From: Acidobacteriota bacterium
GTDB taxonomy: Bacteria > Acidobacteriota > CAIWXX01
DNA length: 64,000 bases
Direction: 5' to 3'
Assembly (NCBI GenBank): GCA_040755995.1
Contig: JBFMAF010000024.1
Coordinates: 309,940 to 373,939 of the forward strand
Position 1 is the stretch's first letter. Each line of letters opens with the position of its first letter. Made by a program: the position numbers and the translations under genes. The notes under the pieces were generated by a model. That model did not search any database. It had not been told where the DNA came from and saw only the letters and a list, made by a program, of their open reading frames with translations. Below, piece after piece: positions 16,851-27,158 of this stretch.

Positions 16851-17960
16851 ATGATGAGACGGATGACTGCCGTCGTGGCCGCGATTCTCGCATTCTCATG
16901 TTGGGTCGAGGTCATCGGGGCGGCTGAGGAGGTCGCGGAGCAGTGGGTGTCTCCTGAGGAGATCGCCAGGGCTGCGAGCCACTGGACACGGGAAAGGCTC
17001 TTGGATGCCAAGCCGATGACCATGCTCAGGTCTGACCGGTCCGTTCGACCCCGGGATGCAGGCGTTCCGCCTTCGACCAATGGAAACCTGCGTTTCGCGC
17101 CTGAGACTCTGCCGGAAGACTCGGTGCTGCTCAACCCGACCGACGGAGACCTGCTCGCCATCTCCGGCGCTCTCGTGCCGGACGATCCCGGTTCACCGAC
17201 GAAGAGCATCCCCGCGCCGATGCGCATCGAAGGAGCGGGCTACGACTATCCACCACCCCAGACGACCTTCTACGTTCTGACCTCCTTGTACTCTGTGCAT
17301 CCCTACTGCACCATAGGGAAGGTCGCATTCGAGACAGGAGGAGAGGGAGCGGTCTGCTCCGGGTCCTCCATCGGAGGCCGTGCGGTGCTCACCGCCGGCC
17401 ATTGCATCTGCTCCGAGGGACAGTGGCATACCGACTGGATCTTCATCCCAGCTTACAGGAATGGCACGGCCCCGTACGGCGTCTGGCCGGCCTTCTACAA
17501 GACTGCATTCACTTCCTGGCTCAACGACGGATACCATTGCAGGGACGTCGCGTTCGCGGCCGTAGTGGATCAGGGCGGCAAGAAATTGTCCAAGAAGGTG
17601 GGCGCACTGGGGATCGCGTGGGACCCGACCACGAAGTACACCGACCGGCTGTATCATTGGAACGTGTTCGGCTACCCTGCGGCTGACCCCTTCGACGGGT
17701 ACTGGCTCGTCGAGACACAGGCGTCTTACGCCGAGACCGACAACGATCCGGACTGCACCCCGGATGAGAATGGGATCGGGGGAATACAGACCGGCGGCTC
17801 CAGCGGTGGGCCCTGGATTCTGGACTTCACGCCGGGTGGAGGCGGCAACTACGCGAACAGCGTGAACAGCTATCACTATACAAGCCAGCCCTATGAGAAG
17901 TACGGCCCGTATTTCGACAAGGAAGTCAAGAAACTGCGAGACGCCGCCGTCAAGAAGTAG
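16851..17960 (+). CDS. Secreted trypsin-like (V8/glutamyl endopeptidase-like) serine protease with propeptide
   Basis: GGAGGAGG RBS; signal peptide; WTRERLLDAKP propeptide; catalytic triad TAGHC / DVAF / GSSGGP. Confidence 0.9.
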   Translation: MMRRMTAVVAAILAFSCWVEVIGAAEEVAEQWVSPEEIARAASHWTRERLLDAKPMTMLRSDRSVRPRDAGVPPSTNGNLRFAPETLPEDSVLLNPTDGDLLAISGALVPDDPGSPTKSIPAPMRIEGAGYDYPPPQTTFYVLTSLYSVHPYCTIGKVAFETGGEGAVCSGSSIGGRAVLTAGHCICSEGQWHTDWIFIPAYRNGTAPYGVWPAFYKTAFTSWLNDGYHCRDVAFAAVVDQGGKKLSKKVGALGIAWDPTTKYTDRLYHWNVFGYPAADPFDGYWLVETQASYAETDNDPDCTPDENGIGGIQTGGSSGGPWILDFTPGGGGNYANSVNSYHYTSQPYEKYGPYFDKEVKKLRDAAVKK

Positions 17961-18064
17961 AGGACCATCGATTGGGCATGGGATCTTGTCTTCACCTGTG
18001 ACTCTCGACGTGAGCCCAGTAGCTCGCAGGTCGGAGGCGTGCCCCTTGCGCTCTCAGGCGTGAA

Positions 18065-19258
18065 ATGAGACCGCCGGCGTATCTCGGACTCGTGCTCCTC
18101 CTCAACGCTTTCGCGCTCGTTCCGGCCTCTGGAGGCCCCTCTCCTCAGGACGACGAGGTCGTTGCCGTCGCCGCGGGCCGCAAGATCACGCAGAAGGACC
18201 TGGAGGAGAGGATCAGCAACCTGCCTGACGGCTATCGCGAGGTCTTCGAAACACCGGACGGCCGGGCCCGCCTGGCCAGGGAGCTGGCCAGAATCGAAGT
18301 CTTCTCTCAGGAAGCTGTCAAGATCGGGCTTGACAAAGACCCGGGACTCCAAACGCGTCTCTCCGAGCTCACCAAGGCCGTTCTGGCAGCCGAGTATGCG
18401 AGGGCCAAGATCTCCTCGCGTGTGAGCGTCAGCGAGGAGGAGGCGCGCGCCTACTATGGGAAGAATCGGGAAGAGTACAGCAACCCGGAGAGGATCTATG
18501 CACCGAAGATCTTCGTGCGAGTGCTCGATAGCGACTCGTTCGAGGCAGTGACACAGAAGAGGGAGAGGGCGGAGAGAGCGAGGAGATTCCTCATGGAAGG
18601 AGCGGACTTTCGGAAGACGGCATGGGAGCTCTCGGACGAGCAGCCGGATGCTCAACCCGACTACTATGCACGCGGAAGGCTTGTGCCCGAGATCGAGCCG
18701 ATCGTGTTCGCGCTCAACAAGGGGGAAGTAAGCCCAGTCATGAAGGTGCGCGACGGCTTCGTGGTATACAAGATCGAAGATCGGATACCCCCGAGTGTCA
18801 AGCCGTTCGACGATGTGAAGAGCGAGATCGTCCAGCAGTTGCGTGAGGAGAGGCTGCAGGAAATGTTCGAGGCGGCCGAGCGCGCGCTGTTCGACAAGTA
18901 TCAGGTCGTCTTCTCCCCCGGGATCGGTCCGCTGCGCAGGAATCCAAAGGAACAGTCGATCGCCGTGGGCAAGATTTCGATGGTCGTCCTCGCTGCCCCT
19001 GACTCGGCGGCAAAGGGCGTCATCGCAACGCTGCTGATCGAGGGATCGTGGGATGGCGGGGCCGTTGAGCAGATAGCGATAGCGCTCAGGGCCGACACGA
19101 CGATCGCGCGCCAGGCCGGATCGGAGGAGCTGCATGCCCGGCTCGATGACCTCCGAGCGGGTCAGTTCGTGAGGGCGCGCTGCGCTGGACGCGTCGAGCT
19201 GTCGAGCCCGTCACGCGGCGAAGCCAAGAGCCTCGTCATCCTGGAACGGCAAGACTGA
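18065..19258 (+). CDS. Exported PpiC/SurA/PrsA-like foldase with a C-terminal DUF3221-like beta domain
   Basis: Signal peptide; VVAVAAGRKIT; VSEEEARAYY; FALNKGEVSPV..GF; extra ~95 aa C-terminal domain. Confidence 0.75.
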   Translation: MRPPAYLGLVLLLNAFALVPASGGPSPQDDEVVAVAAGRKITQKDLEERISNLPDGYREVFETPDGRARLARELARIEVFSQEAVKIGLDKDPGLQTRLSELTKAVLAAEYARAKISSRVSVSEEEARAYYGKNREEYSNPERIYAPKIFVRVLDSDSFEAVTQKRERAERARRFLMEGADFRKTAWELSDEQPDAQPDYYARGRLVPEIEPIVFALNKGEVSPVMKVRDGFVVYKIEDRIPPSVKPFDDVKSEIVQQLREERLQEMFEAAERALFDKYQVVFSPGIGPLRRNPKEQSIAVGKISMVVLAAPDSAAKGVIATLLIEGSWDGGAVEQIAIALRADTTIARQAGSEELHARLDDLRAGQFVRARCAGRVELSSPSRGEAKSLVILERQD

Positions 19259-19332
19259 GCCTGGTGAAGGCTGGCTCGGCATAGGCTACCAGTCCGTGCT
19301 CAGCCGGTGCCGGCCAGGCGGTCTTGTGCCGG

Positions 19333-22300
19333 TCAATGCCCTGAGGTGCCGGCCCGTGCGACCTGCTCCAGATACGGCTGGAGCTCGCGCCGGAGGTTGG
19401 AATTCAACTCGATCGCTCGTTCCAGCGCCTCCCGCGCTTGCGTCGCCGCCTCTGCCTTCGCGCCAGGAGTGGCCGCAGATCGGGCCCGGAGCAGGTACAG
19501 GAAGCCACGGACGGCATGCGCACGAGCGCAGGCGGGGTTGACTGCGATGGCCCTCTCGGCGACTTCCAACCCTCGCTGCAGCGCGTGCGTGGCCTTGTCC
19601 GCGCGGGCAGTGGAGGATTCGGCACGCCATCGATACGTCTCGGCCAGCCCGGCCAAAGCATCGGTGTTCCGATCGTTGTATCGGATGGCCTCACCAAACG
19701 CCCGCTCAGCTTCGACGAGCTCCCGCTCCGCGGGTCGATCAAGGCTGATCGCCCATTGCACCTTGAGCAGATGGAGCTCACCGGCGAGAGTATGAGTCTC
19801 TGAGGAAGTCGGGTCGATCGCGATCGCCTTCTCCAGTATTGGGGCGGTCGGTGCGAGGCCGCCGAGTGGTGACCTGTTCTGATCGATTGCGTATCGGGCC
19901 TCGATCAGCGCTGCCCGCATCGTGAGGTGCATGCATCCGAGCTCCTCGCCGAAGTCGTCGAACACCCTCTGAAGAGACTCCCTGGCCTGGCGGAGTACGC
20001 CGGACGGGTCGCGTCCATGGCAGACGTCAAACTGCGCGAGCACCATCCGCGTATGGGCGAGATTCAGCAGGGGCAAGTAGACGTCAGAGTGCACCTTCAA
20101 TGCCTGGTCGAGCGCATGGATGGCATCGGCTGCCGTCTTGGTTGGGTCCCTGCCTGTTTCCAATTCCCACCTCGCCATCAGCCCACACACCGACCCGAGG
20201 TTTCCGAGGGAGTAAGCATGATTTGGGTTGATTTCCAGCGCCTTCTTGTAGGCATCGATCGACCGCGAGAAGGAGTCGGAAGGGTCCATTCCTGAATCCA
20301 TCTCATACATGGCGAGGTCGAAGTAGATGATGCCCATGTTGTTGAAGCCCGAAACGAAGCGCGGGTTGATCTCCACGGCCTTGCGATAGCAGGCTATGCC
20401 CGCCTGGAATGACTTCCGTGGATCCATGCCGCGCCGCATCTCGAACTCGCCAATGTCCAGGTACGCGATGCCCATGCGCTTGTAGGCGTCAGGGTTCATG
20501 GCGTCAATCGCAGCCGCCTTCGTGAAGCTGTCGATGGCCCGATTGAGCGTCTCCCGCGGGTCCACTCCGGTCTCCTTTTCGATCACTCCGCGGAGGCCGT
20601 ATGCGACTCCCATGTCAAGGTACGGCTTGTCATTCTGCGAATCGAGCGCGAGAGAACGACTGGCAGCCTCGACAGCCCTGTCGAACTCATCGAGTGCAGG
20701 CTGAGCCCCTGCGCCATGCATCATCAGGTACTCTCCGTGGAGCCAATGCGCCTCGGCCATCGCGCCGTGCGCCTCGGCGCTCTTCGGGTCCGCCTGCAGC
20801 ATCCGGTTGACTGCCGAGGTCACCCGTTCGAAGTACGGAGTCGGATCGCCGCCGATCTCGTACAAGAGAAGCCTCATCGTGGTCACGTGGAGCGCGCACA
20901 GCTGCTGGTACGTATCCGGGTCGCTCTCGCCGACGGAGGCGGCCAGCTGGTAGGCGGCCTCGGCGAGATCGTATTCCGCGCGAGCCGCCTCGTACTCGCC
21001 TCGATCCTGCTTCTCGCTGCCCATCGCCCGATGAACGTCGCCCTCGAGTATCGACGCCTCGTACAACCACACTGCAGCCTCTCTGGCTGCGCGCGCCCTC
21101 CGCAGGGCGGGTTCGTACTGCTTCTCATAAAACGCGACAAGCCCCTTCACATAATCGGGCGATTCTGTGCCCACGTCTCGCACCCGACGCAGATGCTCGA
21201 TCGCCGGGTCCCGGAACGCCTTCTCGATCTCCAGGCGCTTCGCCCCTCTTGCATCCCTGTCCGTGATCCGCTCGATCTGCTCGAGCTGCTTCAGGTACAG
21301 CGCGCCCAATGTCCGGCCGAGCGCCATGGCAACGGAATCGTCCTGGAAGCCGGCGGCCCAGGCCTTTTCCAGATGTTCCCGCGCGGACTCGTACTTGCCA
21401 AGCGCGAGGTATCCGCGGCCCAGGGCGTAGTGGCCGGGGCCATACCCGGCGTCCCCCACACGCTCCATCTGTTCCTCGATCGCCATCATTCGCCTCTTCA
21501 GCAGATCCATCTCGTTGCGGATGTTGTGGAGCGGCGCCATGTGGGCGAATCGCATGATCGCCTCGATTTCCTTGATCTCCAGACCGAACCTCTGCGCCAG
21601 GATGGCCTCTGAACGTGCGAGCCACCGGGATCGAATTCCGTAACCACCCAGGACCATCACCGCGACGAGCGCCAAGGTGCTGACCGCGAATACAGCCTTG
21701 TTCTTCTTGGCCCTCTTGTAGAGCTTGTACCCCCAGGTCGCAGCGCGCGCCTCCACCGGTTCACCATCCAGATACCGCTGCAAGTCATCGGCCAGAGCGC
21801 GCGCGGAGTCGTAGCGCCTGTGTATCTCCTTTTCCAGGCACTTCATCACGATCGTGTCGAGGTCCACCGGAATCCCAGGGTTGATCTTGCGCGAGGCAAG
21901 CGGCTCCTCGTTGATGACCTTCAACAGCAGGGCCGTGGCGCTCGGCGCCTCGAACGGCACCCGTCCGGTGAGCATCTCGTACATGGTTGCGCCGAGGCTG
22001 TACACGTCCGTGCGGCGATCGAGCCGCTCCAGCTGGCCAAGCGCCTGCTCCGGGGCCATGTATGCGGGCGTTCCCAGGACCGCTCCCGTCACCGTCTCTC
22101 CGTGAGCCTGCACATCCCGGGCTAGCCCGAAGTCCATCACATAGGGCGCCCATCGCCCCTCGTCGATTCTGGCCACCATCACGTTGCTCGGCTTGATATC
22201 CCGATGGATCAGGCCGATGCGATGAGCCGCGTGCAACCCTTGCGCCACCTGCTGGATTGCCCGCAGCTTCTGCTCCAGGTTCATCTCCGCCGCGGCATCC

Positions 22301-22842
22301 TTCAGCGTGCGACCCTCGATGTACTGCATCGCAATGTAGAGCTGCCCCTGCACCTCGCCCACTTCGTACACCTTGCAGACATGTTCGTGCTCCACGCGCG
22401 CCTGCGCCTGTGCCTCCTGGAGGAAGCGCCGGGCCAACTCGGGATTGTCCTGCAAGATAAACTTGAGCGCCACCGGCCGTTTCAGCCGGCGATCATACGC
22501 CTTGTACACACGTCCCATGCCGCCCTGGCCGAGGAAGTCGACGAACTCGTACCGGTCCCACCCTCGAACCGGTGCGCCGGGGAATGCCTTCGCCGGGCCC
22601 TCCGGTGATGTCCACGGTGTAGTCGGCGGCGACGGTGTCTCCGGCCCCTCGACCAGTGTCTCTCCGGAGGAGATGCCAGCTCCACCGGCCGGCGTCGGGT
22701 CGACCGTGAGGGCCTCAGGCGCTGGCCGCGGAGTGTGCACCGGAGGGAGATCTTCGGTTAGGTCGGCGCGTGGCGCGCCGGCCCCGACACCTGGTCCGCC
22801 ATGCTGCTCGACCAGACCCTCGTGTCGTTTCGGTTTATCCAT
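19333..22842 (-). CDS. Hanks-type Ser/Thr protein kinase with one TM segment and long TPR arrays
   Basis: GQGGMG, VALK, HRDIKPSN, DFGLA, GTPAYMAPE, DVYSLG; hydrophobic AVFAVSTLALVAVMVLGG; many TPRs. Start 22842 chosen because the longer ORF overlaps the divergent gene. Confidence 0.93.
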   Translation of the reverse strand: MDKPKRHEGLVEQHGGPGVGAGAPRADLTEDLPPVHTPRPAPEALTVDPTPAGGAGISSGETLVEGPETPSPPTTPWTSPEGPAKAFPGAPVRGWDRYEFVDFLGQGGMGRVYKAYDRRLKRPVALKFILQDNPELARRFLQEAQAQARVEHEHVCKVYEVGEVQGQLYIAMQYIEGRTLKDAAAEMNLEQKLRAIQQVAQGLHAAHRIGLIHRDIKPSNVMVARIDEGRWAPYVMDFGLARDVQAHGETVTGAVLGTPAYMAPEQALGQLERLDRRTDVYSLGATMYEMLTGRVPFEAPSATALLLKVINEEPLASRKINPGIPVDLDTIVMKCLEKEIHRRYDSARALADDLQRYLDGEPVEARAATWGYKLYKRAKKNKAVFAVSTLALVAVMVLGGYGIRSRWLARSEAILAQRFGLEIKEIEAIMRFAHMAPLHNIRNEMDLLKRRMMAIEEQMERVGDAGYGPGHYALGRGYLALGKYESAREHLEKAWAAGFQDDSVAMALGRTLGALYLKQLEQIERITDRDARGAKRLEIEKAFRDPAIEHLRRVRDVGTESPDYVKGLVAFYEKQYEPALRRARAAREAAVWLYEASILEGDVHRAMGSEKQDRGEYEAARAEYDLAEAAYQLAASVGESDPDTYQQLCALHVTTMRLLLYEIGGDPTPYFERVTSAVNRMLQADPKSAEAHGAMAEAHWLHGEYLMMHGAGAQPALDEFDRAVEAASRSLALDSQNDKPYLDMGVAYGLRGVIEKETGVDPRETLNRAIDSFTKAAAIDAMNPDAYKRMGIAYLDIGEFEMRRGMDPRKSFQAGIACYRKAVEINPRFVSGFNNMGIIYFDLAMYEMDSGMDPSDSFSRSIDAYKKALEINPNHAYSLGNLGSVCGLMARWELETGRDPTKTAADAIHALDQALKVHSDVYLPLLNLAHTRMVLAQFDVCHGRDPSGVLRQARESLQRVFDDFGEELGCMHLTMRAALIEARYAIDQNRSPLGGLAPTAPILEKAIAIDPTSSETHTLAGELHLLKVQWAISLDRPAERELVEAERAFGEAIRYNDRNTDALAGLAETYRWRAESSTARADKATHALQRGLEVAERAIAVNPACARAHAVRGFLYLLRARSAATPGAKAEAATQAREALERAIELNSNLRRELQPYLEQVARAGTSGH

Positions 22843-22968
22843 TTCTTGTCGGGTGAACTCGGAAGCCACTATGAGAAGTGCACGTGGATATGATAGTTTT
22901 AAGATTGCGAAAAGGGAAGGGGACTTCCCATGGTGCGTGCTGCAAACCGACGTGAACGTTGAGTGCCG

Positions 22969-24552
22969 ATGCCATATCTGATCCTCAATCCAGGGACCTC
23001 TAACGAGCAATCCTTCCAGCTCAAGACCGGGGCGAACACCATCGGCAGGGACATGGAGAACGACATCGTCATCCTGCAGACGACATTGTCGCGCCGCCAC
23101 GCCCGGATCGATGTGACTGCCGACCGAGTATTCGTCACGGACCTGCAGAGCCGCAACGGGACGTTCGTGAACGACGTCAAGATCGATCAGAGGGAGGTTC
23201 GCAACGGGGATCTCATCCGCTGCGGCAGCTCTGTGATGAGGTTCACCGAGGGGCAGCGGATCGAGAAGGAGCTCAAGTCCACAGGGGCATCCTCGCTGGG
23301 CGAGCTGCTGATCAAGGACTCGATCGACATCCACGGCACCGTCCTGAGGCTGAAGCAGAAGGACGAGACCAGCCGGAGCGTCGACATGCTGCGCGTCCTT
23401 CTCAAGGTGAGCGAGCTCCTCTCATCTCCCGAGAACATCGACACGATCCTGGGTAGCACCCTGGACCTCTTGTTCGCGATCGTGGACGTCGATCGCGGAG
23501 CGATCTACCTGCTCGACGACAAGACCGGCGACCTGATTCCTGCCGCGGTGAAGCTGGCGCCCGGGCTCGACCCGAACCGGCCGTTCTCCAGCCGGCACAT
23601 CCTCAACCATGTGCTCGAGAAGGGGATTGGTGTCCTGAGCTCCGATGCGGTGGTCGACACGCGTTTCGCCGGGGCTGCCTCGATTCTGGATCAGTCGATA
23701 CATTCCTCCATGTGCGTCCCTCTCAAGTGCCGCGACAAGACCACAGGCGTTCTGTACGTGGACAATCTCATCCGTTCGGACCTGTTCGCCGAAGCGGATC
23801 TGGAGTTCCTCAGCGGCTTTGCAAATCAGGCGGCCGTCGCCATCGAGAACTCCCGGTTGTACCGGAGAATCGAAGAGGATGCTATCGCTCGCAATCGCCT
23901 TCTTCGCTTCTTTCCCCGCGCGGTCATCAACAAGCTGATGGAATCCAAGGATCTCGGCCTGGGCTCAGTCGACGCAGACGTCACGATCCTGTTCTCCGAC
24001 ATATGCAGTTTTACAGAGACCTCCTCGACGATGGAGCCACGACAGGTAGTTGATCTTCTGAACGACTACTTCCCTGTGATGGCCGAGATCGTGTTCCGCC
24101 ACGGCGGCACGCTGGAGAAGTACATCGGAGACGCTTTGATGGCTATCTGGGGAGCGCCGTTTCAGGATCCCGAGGACGCTGATCGCGCCCTGGGGGCGGC
24201 CATCGAGATGCAGCACGCGCTGAGGCAGCTCAACCGGAAATTGGTGGAGTGCGGAAGGGTCGAGATACACATCCACATCGGCTTGAACAGCGGCACGGTG
24301 GCCGCGGGCAACATCGGCTCGGCAGACTACATCCAGTATGCCGCCATAGGAGATGCTACCAACGTGGCGAGCCGAGTCTGCTCGGCGGCTCAGAGGGACG
24401 AAGTGCTCGTTTCCCAGGAGACGTACGCCAAGCTGACGAACAAGTCACTGCCCTTCGAGTCCCTTCCGCCTACGATGGTGAAGGGCAAAGACAAGCCGCT
24501 CCAGCTCCATCGCATCCGATGGGATCTCGTGCCGAAGGTGAGCAGCCAATGA
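22969..24552 (+). CDS. FHA-GAF-class III adenylate cyclase (CyaD-like architecture)
   Basis: FHA (IGR..SRRHA..SRNGTFVN); GAF (MCVPL..GVLYVD..ANQAAVAIEN); cyclase FSDI..EKYIGDA..IGDATNVASR. Confidence 0.92.
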   Translation: MPYLILNPGTSNEQSFQLKTGANTIGRDMENDIVILQTTLSRRHARIDVTADRVFVTDLQSRNGTFVNDVKIDQREVRNGDLIRCGSSVMRFTEGQRIEKELKSTGASSLGELLIKDSIDIHGTVLRLKQKDETSRSVDMLRVLLKVSELLSSPENIDTILGSTLDLLFAIVDVDRGAIYLLDDKTGDLIPAAVKLAPGLDPNRPFSSRHILNHVLEKGIGVLSSDAVVDTRFAGAASILDQSIHSSMCVPLKCRDKTTGVLYVDNLIRSDLFAEADLEFLSGFANQAAVAIENSRLYRRIEEDAIARNRLLRFFPRAVINKLMESKDLGLGSVDADVTILFSDICSFTETSSTMEPRQVVDLLNDYFPVMAEIVFRHGGTLEKYIGDALMAIWGAPFQDPEDADRALGAAIEMQHALRQLNRKLVECGRVEIHIHIGLNSGTVAAGNIGSADYIQYAAIGDATNVASRVCSAAQRDEVLVSQETYAKLTNKSLPFESLPPTMVKGKDKPLQLHRIRWDLVPKVSSQ

Positions 24553-25568
24553 GACTGCGTGCGCTGCTGCTGGTGTCCTGTCTTGCGGCGTCCCGTCTCG
24601 TCTCGGCGGCAGACGCCGAGGTGAAGCTGGAGGGGTACGCCGAGTGGCGCAATGGCCCGGTTCTTCTGGTCGATGGCCAGCGGGTCGAGGCCGCGCCGGG
24701 AATGAAGTTCAAAGGACAGGCCCCCGCGAAGGACTTCGGCACCATCCCGTTGGGGTACGAAGTGAAGGTCAAGGGTACCCGCCGTCCCGACGGTGTCGTA
24801 GTGGCGAAGGAGGTCGAGGCCAAGCCGAACGGATCCGCGATGTTCGAGCGTGAGGTCCTTTCAGCGACCGATGAGCTGGAGGCGAGCTGGGTGAAGGCCG
24901 GGAAGGTATTCGAGCCGCTGGCGAACGGCTCGGAGGAGGTGATCGGGCGGCTTCACTCGACGGGTCCCGATGTCGATCGGGTCCGGACGATTGTCGGGAG
25001 GGTGACGCCTCCGCATCGCGACCCGGCGCAGTTCCGCGTGTACGTGGTCGACAACGCAGAATGGAACGCATTCGCCTGCGCCAATGGAATGATCGTAGTG
25101 CACAGCCAGCTCCTGGCCGATATGAACGACGATGATCTGGGGATCATCATGGGGCACGAGCTGGTGCACGTGACGCACGAGCACACGCGCCGCCAGTTCA
25201 AGAGTGCCATGTGGATTCAGCTGGTCGGGCTCGGTGTCTTGGCAGGCAGCCAGGCGATCGACGACAAGAAGGCGCGCGCCATCGTGGACCTGGCAGCCGT
25301 GTTCAGCCTCATGGCCTGGAAGAACGGCTACAGCCGCGAACACGAGGACCAGGCGGACCGCGTGGGCATCCGCTACGCCCATGAAGGCGGCTACGACGTC
25401 CGCCGCGGCCCCGATCTGTGGATGCGCTTCGCGAAGAAATACGGCGACCAGAATCGCGCCGTCAACTTCTTCTTCGGCGATCATTCGGTCTCCGCCGCCC
25501 GCGCGAAGAACATCCAGCGGGAGATCGCACTGAACTACAGCGCACCGGCCGTGCGGCCGGCTCCTTGA
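24549..25568 (+). CDS. Exported M48 metallopeptidase (BepA/LoiP-like) with an N-terminal DUF5666-like domain
   Basis: ATGA overlap with the cyclase; signal peptide; VKVKG..VVVAKEVE; NAFA, GHELVH, YSREHEDQAD. Confidence 0.85.
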   Translation: MRLRALLLVSCLAASRLVSAADAEVKLEGYAEWRNGPVLLVDGQRVEAAPGMKFKGQAPAKDFGTIPLGYEVKVKGTRRPDGVVVAKEVEAKPNGSAMFEREVLSATDELEASWVKAGKVFEPLANGSEEVIGRLHSTGPDVDRVRTIVGRVTPPHRDPAQFRVYVVDNAEWNAFACANGMIVVHSQLLADMNDDDLGIIMGHELVHVTHEHTRRQFKSAMWIQLVGLGVLAGSQAIDDKKARAIVDLAAVFSLMAWKNGYSREHEDQADRVGIRYAHEGGYDVRRGPDLWMRFAKKYGDQNRAVNFFFGDHSVSAARAKNIQREIALNYSAPAVRPAP

Positions 25569-25739
25569 CTTCGTCGGTCTGCCTGGTCCGGCTCGTCAGA
25601 CTCCGAGGTCCAAGGCGACCGCGACAGCCTCGTCGAGCTGCTCGATCTTCACGGGCGAAAGCGCCCCGACGTAGTTCACGGGGCCGCTCAGAACAGGCGC
25701 CCGAGTTATCTACAGCTGTAGTACCTTCGTCGGTGGCAG

Positions 25740-27035
25740 CTACTGTCCGGCGGCCGTCTTCCTCGCCTGTGCACGACTCACGAAGGTCAGTGCAGCGGCG
25801 GCCAGCAGAAGGCCGGCGGCGAGGTAGAACGACGTGTTCGCAATGCGGGCGTTGAGGCTGCCGTCGGCCATCCTGGCCGCGTCCTGGATCCTACCGTTGG
25901 CATACGACAGAATCAGTCCGCCGAACCCCCACGCCGTGAAGAGGATGCCGTAGTTGAGGCCGAGGCTCTTGAGCCCGAAGTAGTCCTTGCTGGCCGCGGG
26001 AAAGAGCGCCAGATTCGCCCCGTAGTTCGCTCCGGCGATCAGGATGATCGGGAGAAGCAGGTACGGGTTTCTTCTTACGACGATCAGGAGACAGATCATG
26101 ACCGCCTGAAGGACGAACACTACGAGCATGGTCGACTGCCTTCCGATCCTGTCCGACAGCGTTCCGGCGAGGATTCGACCCCCGGCGTTGCCTACCGCCA
26201 GCACGACAACCGCCCAGAAGGCATACTCGCCCAGGGCCGCGACGCCCAGGTTCTTCGCGGTGCTGATGATCATCAGCCCCACACCTGCGCCGCAGAAGAA
26301 CATGATCCACAGCATCCAGAAGTGTGCGGTGCCCACCATGGCAGTCCAGGCCGCGTCGGTTGAACCTGAGGCGGCCGCATGCGCGCCGGACGCTGGCAGG
26401 GCACCGGCCGTCGCCGGGACGTAGCCGGGTGGCGGGTTCTTGAGAAGCTGCGCGAAGAGCACAACCGCGACCAGGAAGAGGATTCCGAAGACCATCATCG
26501 TCGACGAGATGCCCATCTCGCGCACACCGCCCCTCTCTGTTGCGAATGCACGCAGCAGGGAGTTGGCCAGGGGCGCTGCGTAGACCGACGCCAGCCCGAA
26601 TCCCGCCACGACGATCCCGGCGATCGTACCGGTCTTGGAAGGAGGGAACCACTTGACCGCAGGAGGTGTAGCCGATGCGTAGCCGAAGCCGATGCCGATG
26701 CCCCCGAGGACTCCGAAGCCGACCACGAATCCGGAGAGTGAGGAGCCCGCCATGCCAGCCACCATGCAGCCTCCGCCGATGAAGAGACCGCCGATCGATG
26801 CCACCCACCTCGGCCCGATACGGTCCTGCAGCCGGCCGGCGGGGATCATCGAGAGCGAGAAGATAAGGACCGCGACGGAGTAGGGGAGGGCTTTGTCAGC
26901 CTGGCTCCACCCCCACGACGCCGGAATCGCTCCGGAGATGACGCTCCACGTGTACAACACGCCGAACGCCAGATTCATCCCAGTGGCGGCCGCGGTGACA
27001 CGCCAACCGAGGTTTCTGGTTTCGATGCTGTCCAT
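25740..27035 (-). CDS. MFS transporter, oxalate/formate antiporter (OFA)-like monocarboxylate family
   Basis: About 12 hydrophobic segments; GRLQDRIGPR, VKWFP..G.I.G...AGFG, DYFGLKSLGLNYG. Confidence 0.9.
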   Translation of the reverse strand: MDSIETRNLGWRVTAAATGMNLAFGVLYTWSVISGAIPASWGWSQADKALPYSVAVLIFSLSMIPAGRLQDRIGPRWVASIGGLFIGGGCMVAGMAGSSLSGFVVGFGVLGGIGIGFGYASATPPAVKWFPPSKTGTIAGIVVAGFGLASVYAAPLANSLLRAFATERGGVREMGISSTMMVFGILFLVAVVLFAQLLKNPPPGYVPATAGALPASGAHAAASGSTDAAWTAMVGTAHFWMLWIMFFCGAGVGLMIISTAKNLGVAALGEYAFWAVVVLAVGNAGGRILAGTLSDRIGRQSTMLVVFVLQAVMICLLIVVRRNPYLLLPIILIAGANYGANLALFPAASKDYFGLKSLGLNYGILFTAWGFGGLILSYANGRIQDAARMADGSLNARIANTSFYLAAGLLLAAAALTFVSRAQARKTAAGQ

Positions 27036-27158
27036 GCCTCACCTTCTCTTCTGATGGGCGGAGCGGCGGGTGATGAGCTCGCGGCACAGGGGATCAGGTT
27101 GCCATAGGCGCACAGCGTGCGGCAGTCCCTTGGCCCTTTCGCCTTTCCCCCTTTCCCA

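Noticed and set aside
22843..23334. 164-aa N-terminal extension of the Ser/Thr kinase
   Set aside because: It overlaps the divergent FHA-cyclase gene in antisense; the start at 22842 is more plausible.
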